DNA of 64,000 nucleotides from Eledone cirrhosa. Taxonomy: Eukaryota. The notes beneath the pieces were generated by a model. That model worked only from the letters and a program-made list of their open reading frames with translations. It searched no databases and was not told where the DNA came from. The stretch covers positions 138,322,001 through 138,386,000 of the forward strand of contig OZ024743.1 in assembly GCA_964016885.1 (NCBI GenBank). Reading direction: 5' to 3'. The translations under genes and the position numbers were made by a program. Of the stretch, positions 10,331-22,420 are shown piece after piece; the stretch's first letter is position 1; each line of letters opens with the position of its first letter.

Positions 10331-13300
10331 GTTTGGTGTTTGCTGTTTGGTGTTTGCTGTTTGCTGTTTGCTGTTTGGTGTCTGCTTTTTGGTGTTTGGT
10401 GTTTGCTGTATGGTGTTTGCTGTTTCGTGTTTGGTGTTTGCTGTTTGGTGTTTGGTGTTTGCTGTTTGGTGTTTGGTCTTTGGTGCTTGGTGTTTGGTGC
10501 TTGGTGCTTGGTGTTTGGTGTTTGGTGCTTGGTGCTTGGTGCTTGGTGCTTGGTGTTTGGTGCTTGGTGCTTGGTGTTTGGTGTTTGGTGTTTGGTGCTT
10601 GGTGCTTGGTGTTTGGTGCTTGGTGCTGGGTGGTTGGTGTTTGGTGCTTGGTGCTTGGTGTTTCGTGCTAGGTGCATGGTGCTTGGTGTTTGGTGCTTGG
10701 TGCTTGGTGCTTGGTCTTTGGTGTTTGGTGTTTAGTGCTTGGTGCTTGGTGCTTGGTGCTTGGTGCTTGGTCCTTGGTGTTTGGTGCTTGGTGCTTGGTG
10801 TTTGGTGTTTGGTGCTTGGTGCTTGGTGCTTCGTGTTTGGTGTTTGGTGCTTGGTGTCTGGAGCTTGGTGTTTGGTGTTTGGTGCTTGGTGTTTGGTGTT
10901 TGGTGCTTGGTGCTTGGTGTTTGGTGCTTGGTGCTTGGTGTTTGTACTTGGTGCTTGGTGCTTGGTGTTTGGTGCTTGGTTCTTGGTGTTTGGTGCTTGG
11001 TGTTTGGAGCTTGGTGCTTGGTGTTTGGTGCTTGGTGCTTGCTGCTGGCTGCTTGGTGTTTGGTGCTTGGTGATTGGTGCTTGGTGTTTGGTGCTTGGTG
11101 TTTGGTGTTTGGTACTAGGTGCTTGGTGCTTGGTGTTTGGTGCTTGGTGCTTGGTGTTTGGTGTTTGGTGCTTGGTGCTTGGTGTTTGGTGCTTGGTGCT
11201 GGGTTCTGGGTGGTTGGTGTTTGGTGCTTGGTGTTTGGTGCTGGGTGCTTGGTGTTTGGTGCTTGGTGCTTAGTCTTTGGTGTTTGGTGTTTGGTGTTTG
11301 GGGCTTGGTGCTTGGTGCTTAGTGTTTGGTGCTAGGTGCTTGGGGTTTGGTGTTTGGTGCTTGGTGCTTGGTGTTTGTTGCTTGGTGCTTGCTGTTTGGT
11401 GTTTGGTGCTTGGTGCTTGGTGTTTGGTGTTTGGTGTTTGGTGCTTGGTGCTTGGTGTTTGGTGCTTGGTGCTGGGTGGTTGGTGTTTGGTGCTTGGTGC
11501 TTGGTGTTTCGTGCTAGGTGCATGGTGCTTGGTGTTTGGTGCTTGGTGCTTGGTGCTTGGTCTTTGGTGTTTGGTGTTTAGTGCTTGGTGCTTGGTGCTT
11601 GGTGCTTGGTGCTTGGTCCTTGGTGTTTGGTGCTTGGTGCTTGGTGTTTGGTGTTTGGTGCTTGGTGCTTGGTGCTTCGTGGTTGGTGTTTGGTGCTTGG
11701 TGTCTGGAGCTTGGTGTTTGGTGTTTGGTGCTTGGTGTTTGGTGTTTGGTGCTTGGTGCTTGGTGTTTGGTGCTTGGTGCTTGGTGTTTGTACTTGGTGC
11801 TTGGTGCTTGGTGTTTGGTGCTTGGTTCTTGGTGTTTGGTGCTTGGTGTTTGGAGCTTGGTGCTTGGTGTTTGGTGCTTGGTGCTTGGTGTTTGTACTTG
11901 GTGCTTGGTGCTTGGTGTTTGGTGCTTGGTTCTTGGTGTTTGGTGCTTGGTGTTTGGAGCTTGGTGCTTGGTGTTTGGTGCTTGGTGCTTGGTGTTTGGT
12001 GTTTGGTGCTTGGTGCTTGGTGTTTGGTGTTTGGTGCTTGGTGTTTGGTGTTTGGTGCTTGGTGCTTGGTGTTTGTTGCTTGGTACTTGGTGCATGGTGT
12101 TTGGTGCTGGGTGCTTGGTGTTTTGTGCTTGGTTCTTGGTGTTTGGTGTTTGGTGCTTGGTACTTGGTGTCTGGAGCTTGGTGTTTGGTGTTTGGTGCTT
12201 GGTGTTTGGTGCTTGGTGCTTGGTGTTTGGTGTTTGGTGTTTGATGCTTGGTGTTTTATGCTTGGTGCTTGGTGTTTGGTGCTTGGTGTTTGTATTTGGT
12301 GCTTGGTGCTTGGTGTTTTGTGCTTGGTTCTTGGTGTTTGGTGTTTGGTGCTTGGTACTTGGTGCTTGGTGTTAGGTGTTTGGTGCTTGGTGCTTGGTGT
12401 TTGGTGTTTGGTCCTTGGTGCTTGGTCCTTGGTGTTTAGTGCTTGGTGCTTGGTGTTTGTTGTTTGGTGCTTTCTGTTTGCTGCTTGGTGTTTGCTGCTT
12501 GGTGCTTGGTGCTTGGTGTTTGGTGTTTGGTGCTAGGTGCTTGGTGTTTGGTGTTTGGTGTTTGATGCTTGGTGTTTGGTGCTTGGTGTTTGGTGCTTGG
12601 TGCTTGGGGCTTGGTGTTTGGTGCTTGGTGCTTGGTGCTTGGTGTTTGGTGCTTGGTGCTTGGTGTTTGGTGTTTGGTGTTTGGTGCTTGGTGCTTGGTG
12701 TTTGGTGCTTGGTGCTTGGTGCTGGGTGGTTGGTATTTGGTGCTTGGTGCTTGGTGTTTGGTGCTTGGGGCTTGGTGCTTGGTGTTTGGTGCTTGGTGCT
12801 TGGTGCTTGTCTTTGGTGTTTGGTGTTTGGTGTTTGGTGCTTGGTGCTTTGTGTTTGGTGCTTGTTGATTAGTGTTTGGTGCTTGGTACTTGGTGTTTGG
12901 TGCTTGGTGTTTGGTGTTTGCTGTTTGGTGTTTGCTGTTTGCTGTTTGGTGTTTGCTGTTTGCTGTTTGCTGTTTGGTGTCTGCTTTTTGGTGTTTGGTG
13001 TTTGCTGTATGGTGTTTGCTGTTTCGTGTTTGGTGTTTGCTGTTTGGTGTTTGGTGTTTGCTGTTTGGTGTTTGGTCTTTGGTGCTTGGTGTTTGGTGCT
13101 TGGTGCTTGGTGTTTGGTGTTTGGTGCTTGGTGCTTGGTGCTTGGTGCTTGGTGTTTGGTGCTTGGTGCTTGGTGTTTGGTGTTTGGTGTTTGGTGCTTG
13201 GTGCTTGGTGTTTGGTGCTTGGTGCTGGGTGGTTGGTGTTTGGTGCTTGGTGCTTGGTGTTTCGTGCTAGGTGCATGGTGCTTGGTGTTTGGTGCTTGGT

Positions 13301-16300
13301 GCTTGGTGCTTGGTCTTTGGTGTTTGGTGTTTAGTGCTTGGTGCTTGGTGCTTGGTGCTTGGTGCTTGGTCCTTGGTGTTTGGTGCTTGGTGCTTGGTGT
13401 TTGGTGTTTGGTGCTTGGTGCTTGGTGCTTCGTGTTTGGTGTTTGGTGCTTGGTGTCTGGAGCTTGGTGTTTGGTGTTTGGTGCTTGGTGTTTGGTGTTT
13501 GGTGCTTGGTGCTTGGTGTTTGGTGCTTGGTGCTTGGTGTTTGTACTTGGTGCTTGGTGCTTGGTGTTTGGTGCTTGGTTCTTGGTGTTTGGTGCTTGGT
13601 GTTTGGAGCTTGGTGCTTGGTGTTTGGTGCTTGGTGCTTGCTGCTGGCTGCTTGGTGTTTGGTGCTTGGTGATTGGTGCTTGGTGTTTGGTGCTTGGTGT
13701 TTGGTGTTTGGTACTAGGTGCTTGGTGCTTGGTGTTTGGTGCTTGGTGCTTGGTGTTTGGTGTTTGGTGCTTGGTGCTTGGTGTTTGGTGCTTGGTGCTG
13801 GGTTCTGGGTGGTTGGTGTTTGGTGCTTGGTGTTTGGTGCTGGGTGCTTGGTGTTTGGTGCTTGGTGCTTAGTCTTTGGTGTTTGGTGTTTGGTGTTTGG
13901 GGCTTGGTGCTTGGTGCTTAGTGTTTGGTGCTAGGTGCTTGGGGTTTGGTGTTTGGTGCTTGGTGCTTGGTGTTTGTTGCTTGGTGCTTGCTGTTTGGTG
14001 TTTGGTGCTTGGTGCTTGGTGTTTGGTGTTTGGTGTTTGGTGCTTGGTGCTTGGTGTTTGGTGCTTGGTGCTGGGTGGTTGGTGTTTGGTGCTTGGTGCT
14101 TGGTGTTTCGTGCTAGGTGCATGGTGCTTGGTGTTTGGTGCTTGGTGCTTGGTGCTTGGTCTTTGGTGTTTGGTGTTTAGTGCTTGGTGCTTGGTGCTTG
14201 GTGCTTGGTGCTTGGTCCTTGGTGTTTGGTGCTTGGTGCTTGGTGTTTGGTGTTTGGTGCTTGGTGCTTGGTGCTTCGTGGTTGGTGTTTGGTGCTTGGT
14301 GTCTGGAGCTTGGTGTTTGGTGTTTGGTGCTTGGTGTTTGGTGTTTGGTGCTTGGTGCTTGGTGTTTGGTGCTTGGTGCTTGGTGTTTGTACTTGGTGCT
14401 TGGTGCTTGGTGTTTGGTGCTTGGTTCTTGGTGTTTGGTGCTTGGTGTTTGGAGCTTGGTGCTTGGTGTTTGGTGCTTGGTGCTTGGTGTTTGTACTTGG
14501 TGCTTGGTGCTTGGTGTTTGGTGCTTGGTTCTTGGTGTTTGGTGCTTGGTGTTTGGAGCTTGGTGCTTGGTGTTTGGTGCTTGGTGCTTGGTGTTTGGTG
14601 TTTGGTGCTTGGTGCTTGGTGTTTGGTGTTTGGTGCTTGGTGTTTGGTGTTTGGTGCTTGGTGCTTGGTGTTTGTTGCTTGGTACTTGGTGCATGGTGTT
14701 TGGTGCTGGGTGCTTGGTGTTTTGTGCTTGGTTCTTGGTGTTTGGTGTTTGGTGCTTGGTACTTGGTGTCTGGAGCTTGGTGTTTGGTGTTTGGTGCTTG
14801 GTGTTTGGTGCTTGGTGCTTGGTGTTTGGTGTTTGGTGTTTGATGCTTGGTGTTTTATGCTTGGTGCTTGGTGTTTGGTGCTTGGTGTTTGTATTTGGTG
14901 CTTGGTGCTTGGTGTTTTGTGCTTGGTTCTTGGTGTTTGGTGTTTGGTGCTTGGTACTTGGTGCTTGGTGTTAGGTGTTTGGTGCTTGGTGCTTGGTGTT
15001 TGGTGTTTGGTCCTTGGTGCTTGGTCCTTGGTGTTTAGTGCTTGGTGCTTGGTGTTTGTTGTTTGGTGCTTTCTGTTTGCTGCTTGGTGTTTGCTGCTTG
15101 GTGCTTGGTGCTTGGTGTTTGGTGTTTGGTGCTAGGTGCTTGGTGTTTGGTGTTTGGTGTTTGATGCTTGGTGTTTGGTGCTTGGTGTTTGGTGCTTGGT
15201 GCTTGGGGCTTGGTGTTTGGTGCTTGGTGCTTGGTGCTTGGTGTTTGGTGCTTGGTGCTTGGTGTTTGGTGTTTGGTGTTTGGTGCTTGGTGCTTGGTGT
15301 TTGGTGCTTGGTGCTTGGTGCTGGGTGGTTGGTATTTGGTGCTTGGTGCTTGGTGTTTGGTGCTTGGGGCTTGGTGCTTGGTGTTTGGTGCTTGGTGCTT
15401 GGTGCTTGTCTTTGGTGTTTGGTGTTTGGTGTTTGGTGCTTGGTGCTTTGTGTTTGGTGCTTGTTGATTAGTGTTTGGTGCTTGGTACTTGGTGTTTGGT
15501 GCTTGGTGTTTGGTGTTTGCTGTTTGGTGTTTGCTGTTTGCTGTTTGCTGTTTGGTGTCTGCTTTTTGGTGTTTGGTGTTTGCTGTATGGTGTTTGCTGT
15601 TTCGTGTTTGGTGTTTGCTGTTTGGTGTTTGGTGTTTGCTGTTTGGTGTTTGGTCTTTGGTGCTTGGTGTTTGGTGCTTGGTGCTTGGTGTTTGGTGTTT
15701 GGTGCTTGGTGCTTGGTGCTTGGTGTTTGGTGCTTGGTGCTTGGTGTTTGGTGTTTGGTGTTTGGTGCTTGGTGCTTGGTGTTTGGTGCTTGGTGCTGGG
15801 TGGTTGGTGTTTGGTGCTTGGTGCTTGGTGTTTCGTGCTAGGTGCATGGTGCTTGGTGTTTGGTGCTTGGTGCTTGGTGCTTGGTCTTTGGTGTTTGGTG
15901 TTTAGTGCTTGGTGCTTGGTGCTTCGTGCTTGGTGCTTGGTCCTTGGTGTTTGGTGCTTGGTGCTTGGTGTTTGGTGTTTGGTGCTTGGTGCTTGGTGCT
16001 TCGTGTTTGGTGTTTGGTGCTTGGTGTCTGGAGCTTGGTGTTTGGTGTTTGGTGCTTGGTGTTTGGTGTTTGGTGCTTGGTGCTTGGTGTTTGGTGCTTG
16101 GTGCTTGGTGTTTGTACTTGGTGCTTGGTGCTTGGTGTTTGGTGCTTGGTTCTTGGTGTTTGGTGCTTGGTGTTTGGAGCTTGGTGCTTGGTGTTTGGTG
16201 CTTGGTGCTTGCTGCTGGCTGCTTGGTGTTTGGTGCTTGGTGATTGGTGCTTGGTGTTTGGTGCTTGGTGTTTGGTGTTTGGTACTAGGTGCTTGGTGCT

Positions 16301-19300
16301 TGGTGTTTGGTGCTTGGTGCTTGGTGTTTGGTGTTTGGTGCTTGGTGCTTGGTGTTTGGTGCTTGGTGCTGGGTTCTGGGTGGTTGGTGTTTGGTGCTTG
16401 GTGTTTGGTGCTGGGTGCTTGGTGTTTGGTGCTTGGTGCTTAGTCTTTGGTGTTTGGTGTTTGGTGTTTGGGGCTTGGTGCTTGGTGCTTAGTGTTTGGT
16501 GCTAGGTGCTTGGGGTTTGGTGTTTGGTGCTTGGTGCTTGGTGTTTGTTGCTTGGTGCTTGGTGTTTGGTGTTTGGTGCTTGGTGCTTGGTGTTTGGTGT
16601 TTGGTGTTTGGTGCTTGGTGCTTGGTGTTTGGTGCTTGGTGCTGGGTGGTTGGTGTTTGGTGCTTGGTGCTTTTTGTTTCGTGCTAGGTGCATGGTGCTT
16701 GGTGTTTGGTGCTTGGTGCTTGGTGCTTGGTCTTTGGTGTTTGGTGTTTAGTGCTTGGTGCTTGGTGCTTGGTGCTTGGTGCTTGGTCCTTGGTGTTTGG
16801 TGCTTGGTGCTTGGTGTTTGGTGTTTGGTGCTTGGTGCTTGGTGCTTCGTGTTTGGTGTTTGGTGCTTGGTGTCTGGAGCTTGGTGTTTGGTGTTTGGTG
16901 CTTGGTGTTTGGTGTTTGGTGCTTGGTGCTTGGTGTTTGGTGCTTGGTGCTTGGTGTTTGGTGCTTGGTGCTTGGTGCTTGGTGTTTGGTGCTTGGTTCT
17001 TGGTGTTTGGTGCTTGGTGTTTGGAGCTTGGTGCTTGGTGTTTGGTGCTTGGTGCTTGGTGTTTGTACTTGGTGCTTGGTGCTTGGTGTTTGGTGCTTGG
17101 TTCTTGGTGTTTGGTGCTTGGTGTTTGGAGCTTGGTGCTTGGTGTTTGGTGCTTGGTGCTTGGTGTTTGGTGTTTGGTGCTTGGTGCTTGGTGTTTGGTG
17201 TTTGGTGCTTGGTGTTTGGTGTTTGGTGCTTGGTGCTTGGTGTTTGTTGCTTGGTACTTGGTGCATGGTGTTTGGTGCTGGGTGCTTGGTGTTTTGTGCT
17301 TGGTTCTTGGTGTTTGGTGTTTGGTGCTTGGTACTTGGTGTCTGGAGCTTGGTGTTTGGTGTTTGGTGCTTGGTGTTTGGTGCTTGGTGCTTGGTGTTTG
17401 GTGTTTGGTGTTTGATGCTTGGTGTTTTATGCTTGGTGCTTGGTGTTTGGTGCTTGGTGTTTGTATTTGGTGCTTGGTGCTTGGTGTTTTGTGCTTGGTT
17501 CTTGGTGTTTGGTGTTTGGTGCTTGGTACTTGGTGCTTGGTGTTAGGTGTTTGGTGCTTGGTGCTTGGTGTTTGGTGTTTGGTCCTTGGTGCTTGGTCCT
17601 TGGTGTTTAGTGCTTGGTGCTTGGTGTTTGTTGTTTGGTGCTTTCTGTTTGCTGCTTGGTGTTTGCTGCTTGGTGCTTGGTGCTTGGTGTTTGGTGTTTG
17701 GTGCTAGGTGCTTGGTGTTTGGTGTTTGGTGTTTGATGCTTGGTGTTTGGTGCTTGGTGTTTGGTGCTTGGTGCTTGGGGCTTGGTGTTTGGTGCTTGGT
17801 GCTTGGTGCTTGGTGTTTGGTGCTTGGTGCTTGGTGTTTGGTGTTTGGTGTTTGGTGCTTGGTGCTTGGTGTTTGGTGCTTGGTGCTTGGTGCTGGGTGG
17901 TTGGTATTTGGTGCTTGGTGCTTGGTGTTTGGTGCTTGGGGCTTGGTGCTTGGTGTTTGGTGCTTGGTGCTTGGTGCTTGTCTTTGGTGCTTGGTGTTTG
18001 GTGTTTGGTGCTTGGTGCTTTGTGTTTGGTGCTTGTTGATTAGTGTTTGGTGCTTGGTACTTGGTGTTTGGTGCTTGGTGTTTGGTGTTTGCTGTTTGGT
18101 GTTTGCTGTTTGCTGTTTGCTGTTTGGTGTCTGCTTTTTGGTGTTTGGTGTTTGCTGTATGGTGTTTGCTGTTTCGTGTTTGGTGTTTGCTGTTTGGTGT
18201 TCGGTGTTTGCTGTTTGGTGTTTGGTCTTTGGTGCTTGGTGTTTGGTGCTTGGTGCTTGGTGTTTGGTGTTTGGTGCTTGGTGCTTGGTGCTTGGTGTTT
18301 GGTGCTTGGTGCTTGGTGTTTGGTGTTTGGTGTTTGGTGCTTGGTGCTTGGTGTTTGGTGCTTGGTGCTGGGTGGTTGGTGTTTGGTGCTTGGTGCTTGG
18401 TGTTTCGTGCTAGGTGCATGGTGCTTGGTGTTTGGTGCTTGGTGCTTGGTGCTTGGTCTTTGGTCTTTGGTGTTTAGTGCTTGGTGCTTGGTGCTTCGTG
18501 CTTGGTGCTTGGTCCTTGGTGTTTGGTGCTTGGTGCTTGGTGTTTGGTGTTTGGTGCTTGGTGTTTGGTGTTTGGTGCTTGGTGCTTGGTGTTTGGTGCT
18601 TGGTGCTTGGTGTTTGTACTTGGTGCTTGGTGCTTGGTGTTTGGTGCTTGGTTCTTGGTGTTTGGTGCTTGGTGTTTGGAGCTTGGTGCTTGGTGTTTGG
18701 TGCTTGGTGCTTGCTGCTGGCTGCTTGGTGTTTGGTGCTTGGTGATTGGTGCTTGGTGTTTGGTGCTTGGTGTTTGGTGTTTGGTACTAGGTGCTTGGTG
18801 CTTGGTGTTTGGTGCTTGGTGCTTGGTGTTTGGTGTTTGGTGCTTGGTGCTTGGTGTTTGGTGCTTGGTGCTGGGTTCTGGGTGGTTGGTGTTTGGTGCT
18901 TGGTGTTTGGTGCTGGGTGCTTGGTGTTTGGTGCTTGGTGCTTAGTCTTTGGTGTTTGGTGTTTGGTGTTTGGGGCTTGGTGCTTGGTGCTTAGTGTTTG
19001 GTGCTAGGTGCTTGGGGTTTGGTGTTTGGTGCTTGGTGCTTGGTGTTTGTTGCTTGGTGCTTGGTGTTTGGTGTTTGGTGCTTGGTGCTTGGTGTTTGGT
19101 GTTTGGTGTTTGGTGCTTGGTGCTTGGTGTTTGGTGCTTGGTGCTGGGTGGTTGGTGTTTGGTGCTTGGTGCTTTTTGTTTCGTGCTAGGTGCATGGTGC
19201 TTGGTGTTTGGTGCTTGGTGCTTGGTGCTTGGTCTTTGGTGTTTGGTGTTTAGTGCTTGGTGCTTGGTGCTTGGTGCTTGGTGCTTGGTCCTTGGTGTTT

Positions 19301-20900
19301 GGTGCTTGGTGCTTGGTGTTTGGTGTTTGGTGCTTGGTGCTTGGTGCTTCGTGTTTGGTGTTTGGTGCTTGGTGTCTGGAGCTTGGTGTTTGGTGTTTGG
19401 TGCTTGGTGTTTGGTGTTTGGTGCTTGGTGCTTGGTGTTTGGTGCTTGGTGCTTGGTGTTTGTACTTGGTGCTTGGTGCTTGGTGTTTGGTGCTTGGTTC
19501 TTGGTGTTTGGTGCTTGGTGTTTGGAGCTTGGTGCTTGGTGTTTGGTGCTTGGTGCTTGGTGTTTGTACTTGGTGCTTGGTGCTTGGTGTTTGGTGCTTG
19601 GTTCTTGGTGTTTGGTGCTTGGTGTTTGGAGCTTGGTGCTTGGTGTTTGGTGCTTGGTGCTTGGTGTTTGGTGTTTGGTGCTTGGTGCTTGGTGTTTGGT
19701 GTTTGGTGCTTGGTGTTTGGTGTTTGGTGCTTGGTGCTTGGTGTTTGTTGCTTGGTACTTGGTGCATGGTGTTTGGTGCTGGGTGCTTGGTGTTTTGTGC
19801 TTGGTTCTTGGTGTTTGGTGTTTGGTGCTTGGTACTTGGTGTCTGGAGCTTGGTGTTTGGTGTTTGGTGCTTGGTGTTTGGTGCTTGGTGCTTGGTGTTT
19901 GGTGTTTGGTGTTTGATGCTTGGTGTTTTATGCTTGGTGCTTGGTGTTTGGTGCTTGGTGTTTGTATTTGGTGCTTGGTGCTTGGTGTTTTGTGCTTGGT
20001 TCTTGGTGTTTGGTGTTTGGTGCTTGGTACTTGGTGCTTGGTGTTAGGTGTTTGGTGCTTGGTGCTTGGTGTTTGGTGTTTGGTCCTTGGTGCTTGGTCC
20101 TTGGTGTTTAGTGCTTGGTGCTTGGTGTTTGTTGTTTGGTGCTTTCTGTTTGCTGCTTGGTGTTTGCTGCTTGGTGCTTGGTGCTTGGTGTTTGGTGTTT
20201 GGTGCTAGGTGCTTGGTGTTTGGTGTTTGGTGTTTGATGCTTGGTGTTTGGTGCTTGGTGTTTGGTGCTTGGTGCTTGGGGCTTGGTGTTTGGTGCTTGG
20301 TGCTTGGTGCTTGGTGTTTGGTGCTTGGTGCTTGGTGTTTGGTGTTTGGTGTTTGGTGCTTGGTGCTTGGTGTTTGGTGCTTGGTGCTTGGTGCTGGGTG
20401 GTTGGTATTTGGTGCTTGGTGCTTGGTGTTTGGTGCTTGGGGCTTGGTGCTTGGTGTTTGGTGCTTGGTGCTTGGTGCTTGTCTTTGGTGCTTGGTGTTT
20501 GGTGTTTGGTGCTTGGTGCTTTGTGTTTGGTGCTTGTTGATTAGTGATTGGTGCTTGGTACTTGGTGTTTGGTGCTTGGTGTTTGGTGTTTGCTGTTTGG
20601 TGTTTGCTGTTTGCTGTTTGCTGTTTGGTGTCTGCTTTTTGGTGTTTGGTGTTTGCTGTATGGTGTTTGCTGTTTCGTGTTTGGTGTTTGCTGTTTGGTG
20701 TTTGGTGTTTGCTGTTTGGTGTTTGGTCTTTGGTGCTTGGTGTTTGGTGCTTGGTGCTTGGTGTTTGGTGTTTGGTGCTTGGTGCTTGGTGCTTGGCGTT
20801 TGGTGCTTGGTGCTTGGTGTTTGGTGTTTGGTGTTTGGTGCTTGGTGCTTGGTGTTTGGTGCTTGGTGCTGGGTGGTTGGTGTTTGGTGCTTGGTGCTTG
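9798..20900 (+). repeat. Tandem ~2.5-2.6-kb HOR: four full copies (2,578, 2,599, 2,572, 2,501 bp) plus a partial fifth
   Basis: Equivalent ORF starts at 9798, 12376, 14975, 17547 and 20048. The same order of marker monomers occurs in each copy (TTAGGTG, GCTTTCTG, TTGTTGATTAG, TCTGCTTTTT, TTCGTGCTAGGTGCATGG, GCTGCTGGCTGC, GGGTTCTGGG, CTTAGTCT). Confidence 0.93.
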
Positions 20901-22420
20901 GTGTTTCGTGCTAGGTGCATGGTGCTTGGTGTTTGGTGCTTGGTGCTTGGTGCTTGGTCTTTGGTGTTTGGTGTTTAGTGCTTGGTGCTTGGTGCTTGGT
21001 GCTTGGTGCTTGGTCCTTGGTGTTTGGTGCTTGGTGCTTGGTGTTTGGTGTTTGGTGCTTGGTGCTTGGTGCTTCGTGTTTGGTGTTTGGTGCTTGGTGT
21101 CTGGAGCTTGGTGTTTGGTGTTTGGTGCTTGGTGTTTGGTGTTTGGTGCTTGGTGCTTGGTGTTTGGTGCTTGGTGCTTGGTGTTTGTACTTGGTGCTTG
21201 GTGCTTGGTGTTTGGTGCTTGGTTCTTGGTGTTTGGTGCTTGGTGTTTGGAGCTTGGTGCTTGGTGTTTGGTGCTTGGTGCTTGGTGTTTGTACTTGGTG
21301 CTTGGTGCTTGGTGTTTGGTGCTTGGTTCTTGGTGTTTGGTGCTTGGTGTTTGGAGCTTGGTGCTTGGTGTTTGGTGCTTGGTGCTTGGTGTTTGTTGCT
21401 TGGTACTTGGTGCATGGTGTTTGGTGCTGGGTGCTTGGTGTTTTGTGCTTGGTTCTTGGTGTTTGGTGTTTGGTGCTTGGTACTTGGTGTCTGGAGCTTG
21501 GTGTTTGGTGTTTGGTGCTTGGTGTTTGGTGCTTGGTGCTTGGTGTTTGGTGTTTGGTGTTTGATGCTTGGTGTTTTATGCTTGGTGCTTGGTGTTTGGT
21601 GCTTGGTGTTTGTATTTGGTGCTTGGTGCTTGGTGTTTTGTGCTTGGTTCTTGGTGTTTGGTGTTTGGTGCTTGGTACTTGGTGCTTGGTGTTACGTGTT
21701 TGGTGCTTGGTGCTTGGTGTTTGGTGTTTGGTCCTTGGTGCTTGGTCCTTGGTGTTTAGTGCTTGGTGCTTGGTGTTTGTTGTTTGGTGCTTTCTGTTTG
21801 CTGCTTGGTGTTTGCTGCTTGGTGCTTGGTGCTTGGTGTTTGGTGTTTGGTGCTAGGTGCTTGGTGTTTGGTGTTTGGTGTTTGATGCTTGGTGTTTGGT
21901 GCTTGGTGTTTGGTGCTTGGTGCCTGGGGCTTGGTGTTTGGTGCTTGGTGCTTGGTGCTTGGTGTTTGGTGCTTGGTGCTTGGTGTTTGGTGTTTGGTGT
22001 TTGGTGCTTGGTGCTTGGTGTTTGGTGCTTGGTGCTTGGTGCTGGGTGGTTGGTATTTGGTGCTTGGTGCTTGGTGTTTGGTGCTTGGTGCTTGGTGCTT
22101 GGTGTTTGGTGCTTGGTGCTTGGTGCTTGGTCTTTGGTGCTTGGTGTTTGGTGTTTGGTGCTTGGTGCTTTGTGTTTGGTGCTTGGTGATTAGTGTTTGG
22201 TGCTTGGTACTTGGTGTTTGGTGCTTGGTGTTTGGTGTTTGCTGTTTGGTGTTTGGTGTTTGGTGTTTGCTGTTTGGTGTCTGCTTTTTGGTGTTTGGTG
22301 TTTGCTGTATGGTGTTTGCTGTTTCGTGTTTGGTGTTTGCTGTTTGGTGTTTGGTGTTTGCTGTTTGGTGTTTGGTCTTTGGTGCTTGGTGTTTGGTGCT
22401 TGGTGCTTGGTGTTTGGTGT
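20700..22420 (+). repeat. ~1.7-kb block duplicated from ~6960-8680 (offset 13,741 bp)
   Basis: ORFs 7174/20915, 7241/20982, 7827/21568, 8116/21857 and 8452/22193 are all offset by 13,741. Both copies carry the rare GTTACGTG variant (~7950 and ~21691). Confidence 0.9.
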
